Source: Chloroflexota bacterium
Lineage (GTDB): Bacteria > Chloroflexota > Dehalococcoidia > GIF9 > AB-539-J10
DNA length: 64,000 nt
Reading direction: 5' to 3'
Assembly (NCBI GenBank): GCA_013388845.1
Contig: JACAEN010000009.1
Location: 13,767-77,766, forward strand
In this document: in pieces, positions 9,435-18,870 of the stretch
How positions within the stretch are numbered: position 1 is the first letter of the stretch
Layout: each line of letters starts with the position of its first letter
Position numbers and translations under genes: made by a program
The notes under the pieces: generated by a model
What the model was told of the DNA's origin: nothing
Seen by the model: only the letters and a program-made list of their open reading frames with translations
Databases searched by the model: none

Positions 9435-9608
9435 TTAGAGGACAAAACGGGCAATAAGCACTGCTATCCCACACAATATCAAGAAGATGCCCACCAGATA
9501 GTTGAGGATTTTGGGGAAAATCAGTATCAGGATACCGAAGACAAGGGCGATGATTCCCCCAATGAGACTTAATCTGGGTAGTGAATTAATAATCGTGCCA
9601 GGATTCAC
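9435..9608 (-). CDS. DUF3096-like small membrane protein (57 aa, GTG start)
   Basis: Manual translation gives VNPGTIINSLPRLSLIGGIIALVFGILILIFPKILNYLVGIFLILCGIAVLIARFVL. RBS GGAGGTG 7 nt upstream. Missed by the ORF track because it is short and starts with GTG. Confidence 0.5.
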   Translation of the reverse strand: MNPGTIINSLPRLSLIGGIIALVFGILILIFPKILNYLVGIFLILCGIAVLIARFVL

Positions 9609-9785
9609 AGATTATCACCTCCTTTAATTGAATCGCTACTAGTATGATATGACAGCAGGTGTTTCGTCAATAGGTATACTACCCGCTGGTATCAAGCTAG
9701 CTTTGTCCCGATAGAATCGGACAAACTCTTGAACTGGGCGATGCTTCCGAGTAAAATAGCAAATACTATGATTGGGTTTGAGCAC

Positions 9786-10973
9786 ATGAAGAAACTTTCC
9801 CGGACATCCCCATCCAAAATAGTGCTTCTGATAATAGATGGCATAGGCGGCCTACCTCATCCTCAAACCGGTAAAACAGAACTGGAGTCAGCCAGGAAGC
9901 CCAACCTAAATCGCATAGCCAAGGAATCCCTGTGCGGGCTGACAGACCCCATAAGTCCAGGGATTACGCCGGGGAGTGCGCCGGGGCATCTGGCCATTTT
10001 TGGCTATGACCCTGTCCAATATAATATCGGGCGGGGGGTCGCAGAAGCTTTGGGAATAGATGCCAAACTGAAGCCAGACGATATTGCGGCTCGGGGCAAT
10101 TTCTGTACAGTTGATCACCAGGGCCTCATTACCCACAGGAGAGCCGGACGGATTTCCACAGATAAAAATACCAAGTTATGCCGCTTACTGAATGATATAA
10201 CCATAGAAGGAGCTGAGATTTCTGTGCTGCCGGTGAAAGAACACAGATTTGTACTCATACTCCGAGGCGAAGGTTTGTCTCCTGAGCTAACAGATTCTGA
10301 CCCCCAGCAAATAGGGCTACCTCCCAGAAAGATAGAGGCGTTATCGCCCCAGGCACAGAGAACCGCGGAAATTGCCAACGAATTTGTGTCTCAAGCAAAA
10401 AACATCTTGCGAAGTGAAGCCCCCGCCAACATGGTGCTTCTACGCGGCTTCTCCCGTCGCCCTGATATCCCCTCTATATCTGAAATCTACAAATTAAAGC
10501 CAGCAGCCATTGCTACCTACCCCATGTACCGGGGATTGGCCAGGTTGGTAGGAATGCGAGTATTGTCCGGGGGTGAAAGCATAACAGAGCAACTGAACAG
10601 CCTACAACACCACTATGCTGATTATGATTTTTTCTTCATCCATTTTAAGAGCACCGATACCAGAGGGGAGGATGGCGACTTCCGGGCTAAAGTTCAGGCT
10701 ATTGAGGAACTTGATAATGCCCTCCCCACATTGCTCAACTTGAACCCGGATGTCCTGATTATTACGGGAGACCACTCTACCCCGGCCACCTTAGCCATAC
10801 ATAGCTGGCATCCCGTGCCGTTCATGCTGAAGTCCAAGTGGTGTCGCCCCGATGACGTCACTGAGTTCTCGGAACGAGCTTGTCTGGCTGGTGGTATGGG
10901 ACGTTTCCCGGCTACGGAAATCATGCCCCTGGCTATGGCTCATGCTCTAAAATTGGATAAGTTTGGCGCCTAG
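9786..10973 (+). CDS. apgM: 2,3-bisphosphoglycerate-independent phosphoglycerate mutase, archaeal type. Start at the internal Met of MKKLSRTSPSKIVLLIIDG; the ORF-track start at 9729 is also possible.
   Basis: IVLLIIDGIGG metal-binding N-terminus and overall COG3635-type similarity. Confidence 0.8.
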   Translation: MKKLSRTSPSKIVLLIIDGIGGLPHPQTGKTELESARKPNLNRIAKESLCGLTDPISPGITPGSAPGHLAIFGYDPVQYNIGRGVAEALGIDAKLKPDDIAARGNFCTVDHQGLITHRRAGRISTDKNTKLCRLLNDITIEGAEISVLPVKEHRFVLILRGEGLSPELTDSDPQQIGLPPRKIEALSPQAQRTAEIANEFVSQAKNILRSEAPANMVLLRGFSRRPDIPSISEIYKLKPAAIATYPMYRGLARLVGMRVLSGGESITEQLNSLQHHYADYDFFFIHFKSTDTRGEDGDFRAKVQAIEELDNALPTLLNLNPDVLIITGDHSTPATLAIHSWHPVPFMLKSKWCRPDDVTEFSERACLAGGMGRFPATEIMPLAMAHALKLDKFGA

Positions 10974-11072
10974 CCAGAGAAAATACCAAGCACGAAACAA
11001 TTCCCAATACCAAAGCAAAAAACTTTTTGCTCATTTGAGATTTGGATTTGTTTAGGATTTAGAGATTGGAAA

Positions 11073-13223
11073 TTAGGATTTCTCCGTCTCGGGCGGACCC
11101 TCTTCCACCAAACCTGCTTGCTGTAGTGCCTCCATAAGGCGAGCAGCCCTAGGATAGCCAATACGAAGGCGCCGCTGTAAGAAAGAAGTGGAGATATGTT
11201 TATATTCCTGTGCCAAGCGCTTGGCTTCTTCCAAAAGAGGGTCGGGGGGAGCCCCGACTTGTCGGGGGACACCTGAGGGACGCTCAGTTACCTCATCAAA
11301 GTCAACAGAGCTCACCGCAATCTGTCGCTGGTTTCCCCAGAAATACACCAATCTCTCGATCTCAGCATCAGAAACAAAGCTTCCTTGAAGACGTTTAGGC
11401 TTGCTAGCTTCAGTAGGCATATAGAGCATGTCCCCTCTACCTAACAATTTCTCAGCACCGACCATGTCAAGGATGGTCCTGGAATCTACTTGAGAGGTGA
11501 CGGCGAAACTAATGCGGGTAGGAAAATTAGCTTTAATAAGCCCGGTAATTACATCTACTGAGGGGCGTTGTGTAGCTACGACAAGATGAATGCCTGTAGC
11601 CCGAGCCAATTGAGCCAACCGACAAAGCGTCTGTTCCACTTCGTCGAAAGCTGTCATCATCAAATCCGCCAGCTCATCAATGAAGAGCACTAGATATGGC
11701 AACCCTTCTCCAGGTGAGCGGTCTTTGTTATAACCCTCAATATTGCGTGCTCCCGCCTGAGCAAACTTACGATATCGACTATCCATCTCCTGATTAAGCC
11801 ATCTTAAAGCCTTTACCGCCTTTTCAGTATCCACAACCACGGGAGCCAGTAGATGGGGCACTCCATTAAAGGTCACTAACTCCACCCTCTTGGGGTCAAT
11901 CATGATAAATCGAACGTCGTCGGGGCTGTTGTGCAAAAGCAAGCAACAAATAATAGAATTGAGACAAACAGTTTTACCACTGCCAGTAGCTCCAGCGATA
12001 AGCAAATGAGGCATCCGGGTCAGGTCTGCGGCTATCGCCTCACCACCAGCGCCTTTACCTAAAGCGATAGCTAGTTTGGAGCGGGCTTTAATCTTCTGAA
12101 AAGCTGCGCTTTCTATGGCACTGCGAAGGGCAACTGAGCCAAACACAGTGTTAGGAACCTCAATGCCCACCACCGGTGCCCCGGGCACGGGAGCCTCAAT
12201 CCTGATGCTGGGAGCAGCTAGGGCTAAAGCTAAATCATTGGCCAAAGAAGTAATACGCTCTACCCTTACCCTGGTTTTGGATACTTCTTCTAATTTCGTT
12301 TCGTAGCTACCGTCCTTCCCCTTTTCTCTTACTTCCTTGTACTTCCTGTCCCAACCAGGCTCAACACCGAACTGTGTCACGGTAGGCCCTATGTTTACCT
12401 GCACAACCTTGGCTTCTACACCATAGCTCGCCAGAGCTTCCTCAATTAATCGAGCTCGTTGGTCAATGTCTTCCCTGTCCAATTTCACCTCAGCAGGCTT
12501 ATCCAGGATATCAATCGGTGGAAGATGCCACCCGCCGGGGGTGAGAATTGGTTCGTGCTCTGATTGCCACACGGGAGGACCCGAGCTCTCAAGGCGTTGA
12601 GTGCTCGGTGCCTCCACTCCACTAACTGCCCCTGCTTCAGAGGAGGTAGCTTCGAGAGGGACAGCCCTAGCAGGAGCTCGCCGACGAGAAATGACCCTGG
12701 CAAGATTTCGGAAGACTCTGGTCAAGAGCCGCCAGCCGTTCTGAGCAGCGTTCCAAACCTGCCGGGGGACGACAAAAATAACGCCGAGAAGGATAAGTCC
12801 GGCTACCCGGAGCGCTCCCACGGCATCAGCAGTACCTATTATCCTCTTCCCAAACTCACCCCCCAGTGTGGCTTGCCTCAAAATGCCTTCCCCAGGGAAG
12901 AAAGAAAGGATTCCCCAGACAGCAAAAGCCAGGCTAATCCCTCCCAGAACCCAATTCCACCTATGTTTCATAACCCCGACAAGTTGGGGCCGCCGCCATG
13001 CCATCCAGACCAACAAGCCCAGAGAGATACCTATTATTATCAATCCATAACCCAACAATCTGAGAATGTCATCCCATAACACGTACAGCAACACTACTAT
13101 TATGACAATTAAGATAAGCCTGCGTACCACTGGTGAAGCGATGAAGCTGAAGAATCGCTTCCACGCTGGCCGGCTTTCTTTGGCCTTCTGCCTCGGCTTA
13201 GACTTACTTCCTGCTTTAGACAC
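11073..13223 (-). CDS. ftsK: DNA translocase FtsK/SpoIIIE
   Basis: N-terminal TM segments, a Walker A/B motor (GATGSGKT; DELADLM), and a C-terminal gamma winged helix (SFLQRRLRIGYPRAARLMEAL). Confidence 0.9.
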   Translation of the reverse strand: MSKAGSKSKPRQKAKESRPAWKRFFSFIASPVVRRLILIVIIVVLLYVLWDDILRLLGYGLIIIGISLGLLVWMAWRRPQLVGVMKHRWNWVLGGISLAFAVWGILSFFPGEGILRQATLGGEFGKRIIGTADAVGALRVAGLILLGVIFVVPRQVWNAAQNGWRLLTRVFRNLARVISRRRAPARAVPLEATSSEAGAVSGVEAPSTQRLESSGPPVWQSEHEPILTPGGWHLPPIDILDKPAEVKLDREDIDQRARLIEEALASYGVEAKVVQVNIGPTVTQFGVEPGWDRKYKEVREKGKDGSYETKLEEVSKTRVRVERITSLANDLALALAAPSIRIEAPVPGAPVVGIEVPNTVFGSVALRSAIESAAFQKIKARSKLAIALGKGAGGEAIAADLTRMPHLLIAGATGSGKTVCLNSIICCLLLHNSPDDVRFIMIDPKRVELVTFNGVPHLLAPVVVDTEKAVKALRWLNQEMDSRYRKFAQAGARNIEGYNKDRSPGEGLPYLVLFIDELADLMMTAFDEVEQTLCRLAQLARATGIHLVVATQRPSVDVITGLIKANFPTRISFAVTSQVDSRTILDMVGAEKLLGRGDMLYMPTEASKPKRLQGSFVSDAEIERLVYFWGNQRQIAVSSVDFDEVTERPSGVPRQVGAPPDPLLEEAKRLAQEYKHISTSFLQRRLRIGYPRAARLMEALQQAGLVEEGPPETEKS

Positions 13224-13235
13224 AGACTTACGCTC

Positions 13236-14924
13236 CTAATTTGTTGGTTCCCTCTGAGTTCTTCCGACCTCCACAACCACAGGAATGATGATAGGACGAC
13301 GATGAACTTGCTCATAAAAGAATCTGCTCAAAGAATCCTTTACTCTGGCATCAACGAAGCTCTGGTCAACCAAGCGCCCCTTGTCGTGGTCCAAAGCGGA
13401 TACCACCACACCTCGGCCCTTCTCAATCAACATCTGTTCCCCTCCAGCATCAACAAAGCCTCGTGTGATAATGCGCGGCCTTTCGGCCAGTTTGCCACTT
13501 TCAGCATCAACAGCAATGGTCACCACAACAACGCCGTCTCGCGAAAGCAACTTGCGGTCCCGAAGCACAGTGTTATCCAGCTCACCTGTTATCATGCCAC
13601 TTACATACATAGCTCTAGCACGAGTTCTGCCAACCACCCTTCCCGAATCTTGCCCTAGTTCAAGAATGTCCCCGTTCTCAAGGACAAAAATGTTATCCTC
13701 GGGTATACCCATACTGCGAGCTAAGTTGGCATGCAAGCTTAAATGGCGATACTCACCATGAACAGGAACAAAAAAATTGGGCTTGACCAAACTGAGCAAG
13801 AGTTTCAACTCTTCTTGACTACCATGCCCGTGGACATGAACTTGAGCCAGCTTGTCATAAATTACATTGGCACCTTGACGGAAAAGACTGTCGGTAGTCT
13901 TGCTGACCAGCGCCTCATTGCCGGGAATAGGAGTTGCTGAAATCACCACTGTATCGCCAGGGATTATCTGAACTCGACTGCTGGGGTCACGATTGGCCAT
14001 GCGCACCAAGGCAGAGGTAGGCTCACCCTGGCTTCCCGTGCTCAATACGATAACTCGATTGTGAGGTAAAGTCTTAAGTTCGTCCAGGCGACAAATAATG
14101 CCGGGTGGAGCACTAAGATAGCCCGTCTTCAATGCCATGCTGGCTATCTCCTTCATGCTCCGCCCGATGATAAATACACGGCGACCATGTTTGACGGCAA
14201 CATCAAATACCTGCTGCACGCGAGATATGAGAGAGGCAAATGTAGTTATGATTACCCTCCCTTTTGCCTCGCCTACAATCCGATCCAAAGTATCGCTAAC
14301 CACCCTCTCAGAAGGAGTATAGCCAGGAAGCTCGGCATAAGTGGAGTCAGAAAGAAGAAGCAAAACACCCTTTGTGCCCAGCGAAGCTAATTGGCTAAAG
14401 TTAGTAGCCTCGCTTATGACTGGCGTGTAATCAATCTTGAAATCACCACTGTGAACTACAGTTCCCACGGGAGTGTGAATTATCAGCCCCACAGAATCAG
14501 GAATACTATGGCAAACAGAGAAAAATTCTATGTTGAAATTACCCAGTTTAATCCGGCTCCCCGGGTTAACCAAATTCAATTTTGCATCAGTTCTCACCCC
14601 TCGCTGCTTGAGTTCCATGCGAATCAGCTCTCGAGCGAACTTGGTAGCATAAATGGGAGGGACAAGCCGAGATAAAATATAAGGCAGCGCCCCGATGTGG
14701 TCTTCATGCCCATGAGTGATCACTATCCCCCTCAAATTCTTCTGTCTTGGCAAAAGATAGCTAATATCGGGGATAAGGAAATCAACTCCCAACATTTCCT
14801 CGCCGGGGAACATAAGTCCAGCATCAATGACAACAACGTCATTGGCATATTCCAATACCATCATGTTCTTGCCGATTTCACCTAACCCGCCTAGGGGAAT
14901 GACTCTTAATTTATGTGTGGACAT
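13236..14924 (-). CDS. rnj: Ribonuclease J (metallo-beta-lactamase/beta-CASP RNase)
   Basis: VIPLGGLGEIGKN N-terminus, HGHEDHIG motif, 562 aa. Confidence 0.9.
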   Translation of the reverse strand: MSTHKLRVIPLGGLGEIGKNMMVLEYANDVVVIDAGLMFPGEEMLGVDFLIPDISYLLPRQKNLRGIVITHGHEDHIGALPYILSRLVPPIYATKFARELIRMELKQRGVRTDAKLNLVNPGSRIKLGNFNIEFFSVCHSIPDSVGLIIHTPVGTVVHSGDFKIDYTPVISEATNFSQLASLGTKGVLLLLSDSTYAELPGYTPSERVVSDTLDRIVGEAKGRVIITTFASLISRVQQVFDVAVKHGRRVFIIGRSMKEIASMALKTGYLSAPPGIICRLDELKTLPHNRVIVLSTGSQGEPTSALVRMANRDPSSRVQIIPGDTVVISATPIPGNEALVSKTTDSLFRQGANVIYDKLAQVHVHGHGSQEELKLLLSLVKPNFFVPVHGEYRHLSLHANLARSMGIPEDNIFVLENGDILELGQDSGRVVGRTRARAMYVSGMITGELDNTVLRDRKLLSRDGVVVVTIAVDAESGKLAERPRIITRGFVDAGGEQMLIEKGRGVVVSALDHDKGRLVDQSFVDARVKDSLSRFFYEQVHRRPIIIPVVVEVGRTQREPTN

Positions 14925-14955
14925 GGTTTTTTCTTCCTTTCATTCAGGACATGTT

Positions 14956-15552
14956 CTAAAACAAGCTTAATTGGTGAGATTCGACTGTATCTTGAGGCAG
15001 GTCTTTACCTTGCGCCAATATCTGCGGAATCTTAAGCATGTCACCTTCGATGGTCCGTCGTAGGGAGCCCTGATGGAGAGCTGCTGCCGGATGATACATG
15101 GGGTAATAAATCACGCCTCCCATTTTTCGCGGCTTCCCATGAATCTTACTTATACTCTCATTAGGGAAATACCGCGCTAGAGAGTAGCGTCCTAAGGTAA
15201 TAACCATCTTGGGCTGAATTATCTCTATTTGACGGTCAAGCCACTTGCGACAACTTTCTATCTCGACTGGTAGTGGCTCACGGTTTTGGGGCGGACGGCA
15301 CTTAATCACATTAGCAATATAAACTTCCTCGCGCCGTAAACCAATTGAGGCCAACAATTGGTCAAGAAACTGCCCGGCTGGGCCGACGAAGGGACGCCCT
15401 TGCTGATCTTCATGCCACCCTGGTGCTTCACCAATAAAAAGTAGTTCCGCGTCTTCAGCCCCCTCACCAGGTACCACTTTTGTGCGATACTTAGCTAGCT
15501 CACAATCCTGACAAGCTCTAATTTCCTCATAAAGTCGTGCTAAAGCTGACAT
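14956..15552 (-). CDS. Uracil-DNA glycosylase, family 4 (Fe-S type)
   Basis: CQDCELAK...GEAPGWHEDQQGRPFVGPAG motif block. Confidence 0.85.
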   Translation of the reverse strand: MSALARLYEEIRACQDCELAKYRTKVVPGEGAEDAELLFIGEAPGWHEDQQGRPFVGPAGQFLDQLLASIGLRREEVYIANVIKCRPPQNREPLPVEIESCRKWLDRQIEIIQPKMVITLGRYSLARYFPNESISKIHGKPRKMGGVIYYPMYHPAAALHQGSLRRTIEGDMLKIPQILAQGKDLPQDTVESHQLSLF

Positions 15553-15631
15553 CTAATACGATGGTAGCATATCTACCTTTGTCGGTCAATTTGGGCTCTT
15601 CTTAGACCCCGATAAGTCGGGCTCAACTTAT

Positions 15632-16432
15632 TTACTCTTCCTCCTCATCCTCATCCTGCTCCCAAATAGGCTCGGTGAATTGGTCAATAAATTCAGCCGT
15701 AACTCTCTTCGCTATTCTATCCATCTCCTCGTCCACCTGCTCAGCCAGATGACTAAGCTCGGTCAAGTCCAGTGTAATTCCCAACATTTTGATCAGAACA
15801 CGAAGCACAGCTAGGGAAGCTTTGGGATTTGCTATTTGTGTGGCATACGCCGGCACTTCCCCCAGCAAGCAAATGCCCTCCATCCCCCTTTCCTTGGCCA
15901 TTCCCAATATCAATCCGTTCAATCCAGCGATGCGAAGGCTGCCTCTCAGAATCACATTATGTTTGCTCAACTCGTCAATTAAGTCAGAAGTTGTCGCTGC
16001 TCCCCAAACCCTTATCTCTTCACTATGGTGGATGCGTGTTACTGCAGCAGCACAACTATACACCCTGGCCACCCTAAGCCTTTGCGCGACATCCAACACA
16101 CAGTTAACCAGTTCGTATCCTTTGAAACTAGGCTGTTCTTCACCGATAAAAATCACCAAGCTTTTATCCCGATCAGATCGGGACTGCCAATAATAAAACT
16201 TGCTCTCAGGAAAACGAGGGCTTTCCACCACGTTGTCTTTGACTGTGACTCCCATTGGTTCAAAAAAGTGAATAGGTTCAATCTCCCCTATTTCCGTAGC
16301 ATTTAGCTTCTCCACAAGATACTTCGCTGCGGTTAGGGAAACGTCGCCAATGCCTGGCCAGGAGGCGAGCATGGCACAATTCTTAGGGCGCGGTTGTTTA
16401 TAAAGTTTATAAAGCCTTATTATGTCTTTCAT
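15632..16432 (-). CDS. PAC2-family (proteasome-assembly-chaperone-like) protein with an acidic C-terminal tail
   Basis: LASWPGIGDVSLTAAKYLVEKL resembles the PAC2-family N-terminus. 266 aa. C-terminus DEDEEEE. Confidence 0.45.
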   Translation of the reverse strand: MKDIIRLYKLYKQPRPKNCAMLASWPGIGDVSLTAAKYLVEKLNATEIGEIEPIHFFEPMGVTVKDNVVESPRFPESKFYYWQSRSDRDKSLVIFIGEEQPSFKGYELVNCVLDVAQRLRVARVYSCAAAVTRIHHSEEIRVWGAATTSDLIDELSKHNVILRGSLRIAGLNGLILGMAKERGMEGICLLGEVPAYATQIANPKASLAVLRVLIKMLGITLDLTELSHLAEQVDEEMDRIAKRVTAEFIDQFTEPIWEQDEDEEEE

Positions 16433-16438
16433 ATATAT

Positions 16439-16744
16439 TTAGCTTCCTTTGATCGCCACTGATACACGAGAGCAGTATAAAGGAGGAGTTTGCAAAATCC
16501 CGCCTACCCATCTCGCTTCCTGCCCTACGCCCAGAAGCTCTTTTAACACTTGATATACATTACCAGCAATCATAGTATCCTTCACTCCGCCCACTATCTC
16601 ACCATTCTCTACATTGTAACTCTTGACACGAATAAAGGCAAAAACGTGCTCATCTACACGATTAATCACTTTTGGTTTGCCTCCCCACCACTTCCCTTCC
16701 TTGGTTATTCCGGAGTATCCATTCCTCTTGTCGTTCCAAGCCTC
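16439..16744 (-). pseudogene. Remnant of a TldD/PmbA-family metalloprotease: only the C-terminal ~100 codons are present
   Basis: The frame stays open from the in-frame TAA at 16745-16747 down to 16439. It encodes ...FAFIRVKSYNVENGEIVGGVKDTMIAGNVYQVLKELLGVGQEARWVGGILQTPPLY..., matching the PmbA/TldD C-terminal block (ENGEI...TIAGN). The expected ~350 upstream codons are absent and the sequence is replaced by repeat DNA. Confidence 0.6.
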
Positions 16745-16751
16745 TTATTCC

Positions 16752-16860
16752 CTGTCATTGCGAGCGAAGCGTGGCAATCTCATTGGCTAAATTCCAAACA
16801 AATTGTAGTGCGACCTTTTAAGGTCGTACAATCCTGCCCTTACACAAGGCTGAAGCCTCG
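16752..16860. repeat. Repeat/hairpin block: a copy of the GTCATTGCGAGCGAAGCG dispersed repeat followed by nested palindromes (TGTAGTGCGACC...GGTCGTAC...GCCTCGCACTACA)
   Basis: Read directly from the sequence. This is the same repeat word seen at 28100-28168, 61794-61857 and 62398-62450. Confidence 0.6.
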
Positions 16861-16997
16861 CACTACATTTTTGCGTTTTGATTTGTCATTTTGATTTTTA
16901 ACCTTTTATTTTTGAATTTTAATGACCTCCCAGTATAGTAAAATGTTGACCGAGCTTTAATTTATACCCATCTCCTGATATTATCTGGGTTACGGTA

Positions 16998-17798
16998 ATG
17001 AAATTCATCGATAAACTGCTTAACGCCAGCCGAAAAAACAAAAGCTGGCTGTGCGTCGGACTGGACCCCGACCCTGAGCTTATGCCCGAGGTAGATGTCC
17101 TGCAATTCAACAAAGCCATTATCGAGGTCACCCACGACCTGGTCTGCGCCTATAAGCCTAATCTGGCTTTCTATGAAGCTTTAGGGACCGAAGGGCTGGC
17201 TATCCTGGAGAAGACCGTTAAATATATACCCGGTGATATTCCTGTGATTGGCGATGCCAAGCGTGGCGATATCGGTAACACCGCCAAGGCTTATGCCCGG
17301 GCTCTCTTTTCGATTCTGGGCTTCGATGCTGCTACCGTCAATCCCTACCTCGGCTTCGATTCCCTAGAGCCTTTCATTAACTACCAGGATAAAGGGGTAT
17401 TTATCCTGTGCCGCACATCCAACAAGGGAGCCGCAGATTTCCAAGATCTTCGCGCCGCTGGCGCGCCACTATACGAAGCAGTGGCTCGAAAGGCTAAAGA
17501 ATGGAACATTTACGGCAATATTGGGTTGGTCGTGGGCGCTACTTATCCTGAAGAACTGAAAAAAGTTCGCTCAATGTGTCCCGAAATGCCTTTGCTCATC
17601 CCCGGCATTGGCGCTCAGGGAGGGGATTTGGCTTCAGCAGTTAGCTACGGAGTGGATGCCCGGGGTGATAAGGCGATTATCAATGTCTCAAGGCAGATTC
17701 TTTATGCCTCCAAGGAAAAGGATTTTGCCCAGGCGGCTAGAACCATGGCTGAAAAAATCCGCAACCAAATCAATGATTATAGACATAAAGCTCGGTGA
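16998..17798 (+). CDS. pyrF: Orotidine-5'-phosphate decarboxylase (long type 2 form)
   Basis: [15 protein letters not shown] and ...[13 protein letters not shown] motifs. Confidence 0.9.
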   Translation: MKFIDKLLNASRKNKSWLCVGLDPDPELMPEVDVLQFNKAIIEVTHDLVCAYKPNLAFYEALGTEGLAILEKTVKYIPGDIPVIGDAKRGDIGNTAKAYARALFSILGFDAATVNPYLGFDSLEPFINYQDKGVFILCRTSNKGAADFQDLRAAGAPLYEAVARKAKEWNIYGNIGLVVGATYPEELKKVRSMCPEMPLLIPGIGAQGGDLASAVSYGVDARGDKAIINVSRQILYASKEKDFAQAARTMAEKIRNQINDYRHKAR

Positions 17799-17964
17799 TA
17801 TAGTCCGGCTGCGCAAAGCCCACCCCTGCGGCAGTTATGAGTGGGAAGTGGTAAGGGTGGGCGCCGACATCGGCCTTAAATGCCTCAAATGCCAGAGAAG
17901 GGTGCTTCTAGCCAGAAGTACTTTTGAGAGAAGGCTGAAAAATGTGGTTGCCAAGAAAGATTGA
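17774..17964 (+). CDS. DUF951-family small protein. Its start overlaps the pyrF 3' end; the ORF-track entry from 17608 is an over-extension.
   Basis: [58 protein letters not shown] is a classic DUF951 sequence. Confidence 0.7.
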
Positions 17965-18042
17965 CTGTTTGGCAAAAAGAACACCCCACCTGATTATGCT
18001 TTACTTCAAAGGGAAGATATGGTATAAAAGCCACAAGGGAAA

Positions 18043-18291
18043 ATGAGAACTTATATTTTTAAAGTAGAGATTGAGGAGGATCCTTTCGAAGATGGACGGA
18101 TGGCTTACCATGCTTATTGCCCAGCCTTAAAAGGGGCAAGCACTTGGGGATACACCAAAGCGGAAGCCTTAAAGAATATCAGGGAAGTTATTGAGATGAC
18201 CATTGAAAGCATGATTGAACATGGAGAGCCAATCCCAGAGGAACCAGAGGTTCAGATTTCATCTGAGCCAAGAGTAGCAATAACTGTATGA
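18043..18291 (+). CDS. hicB: HicB-family antitoxin (UPF0150)
   Basis: 82 aa. ...FEDGRMAYHAYCPALKGASTWGYTKAEALKNIREVIE... Overlaps hicA by 4 nt. Confidence 0.75.
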   Translation: MRTYIFKVEIEEDPFEDGRMAYHAYCPALKGASTWGYTKAEALKNIREVIEMTIESMIEHGEPIPEEPEVQISSEPRVAITV

Positions 18292-18539
18292 GCAGGATTG
18301 ACTACTCAAAGCTCCGCGCTTTAACTGCCAGAAAATTAATCATCGCTTTAATCAGAGACGGATTTCACCTTGACCGAACATCGGGGTCTCACCATCAATA
18401 CCTTCATCCAGACAAAGGAAGGGTAACACTCCCCTTTCATCATCCTGGCGATACCTTTCCTCCCAAAACCTTAAAAAATATAATCCAAGACGCTGGATGG
18501 AATGAAGACGATTTAAAACGTCTCAACCTTCTGAAATAA
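18288..18539 (+). CDS. hicA: HicA-family mRNA-interferase toxin
   Basis: 83 aa. ...LIRDGFHLDRTSGSHHQYLHPDKGRVTLPFHHPGDTFPPKTLKNIIQDAGW... matches the YcfA/HicA fold signature. Confidence 0.75.
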   Translation: MSRIDYSKLRALTARKLIIALIRDGFHLDRTSGSHHQYLHPDKGRVTLPFHHPGDTFPPKTLKNIIQDAGWNEDDLKRLNLLK

Positions 18540-18565
18540 CCAGATTCACTTTCAGAAGCCAAGGC

Positions 18566-18652
18566 AAATGCCTCAAATGCCAGCAAAGGGTGCTTTTGGA
18601 GAGAAATGTGTTTGAGAGAAGGGTGAAAGAATTTGTCTCCAAAAGTGACTAA
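18566..18652 (+). repeat. Degenerate second copy (~80% identity) of the last ~87 nt of the DUF951 gene (17878-17964), keeping an open frame KCLKCQQRVLLERNVFERRVKEFVSKSD* but with no start codon
   Basis: Direct comparison of the two segments: AAATGCCTCAAATGCCAG...GGGTGCTT...TTTGAGAGAAGG...TGAAA. Confidence 0.7.
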
Positions 18653-18870
18653 CTGACCAGCTTCGCGACAATAAGAAGCCCCCTGCAATGGTTTGTGTAG
18701 TGAGGGAACAAAACAAGTTAATGTGCAACATTCCAGGCTTTTGTTGCACGAGCTGCACATTCTGGACGATTGTTCAACATTTTGAGGTTCGCTATAGCCA
18801 AATTTGGGCACACCAAAGCGTAGCCGTATTCCGCTATTATCAGATGATATTATATGAAGTCCCTGCCCTG

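Noticed and set aside
11035-11085. Possible CRISPR array from the repeated GGATTT-type words here and at 27930-27970
   Set aside because: The units are 6-8 nt, degenerate and contiguous with no spacers. No 25-40-nt direct repeats with unique spacers and no cas genes anywhere in the window.
17608-17964. ORF-track 118-aa version of the DUF951 gene
   Set aside because: The first ~55 codons overlap pyrF in another frame and have no homology signal. The DUF951 family is ~60 aa, and an in-frame ATG at 17774 gives the canonical [11 protein letters not shown]... start.
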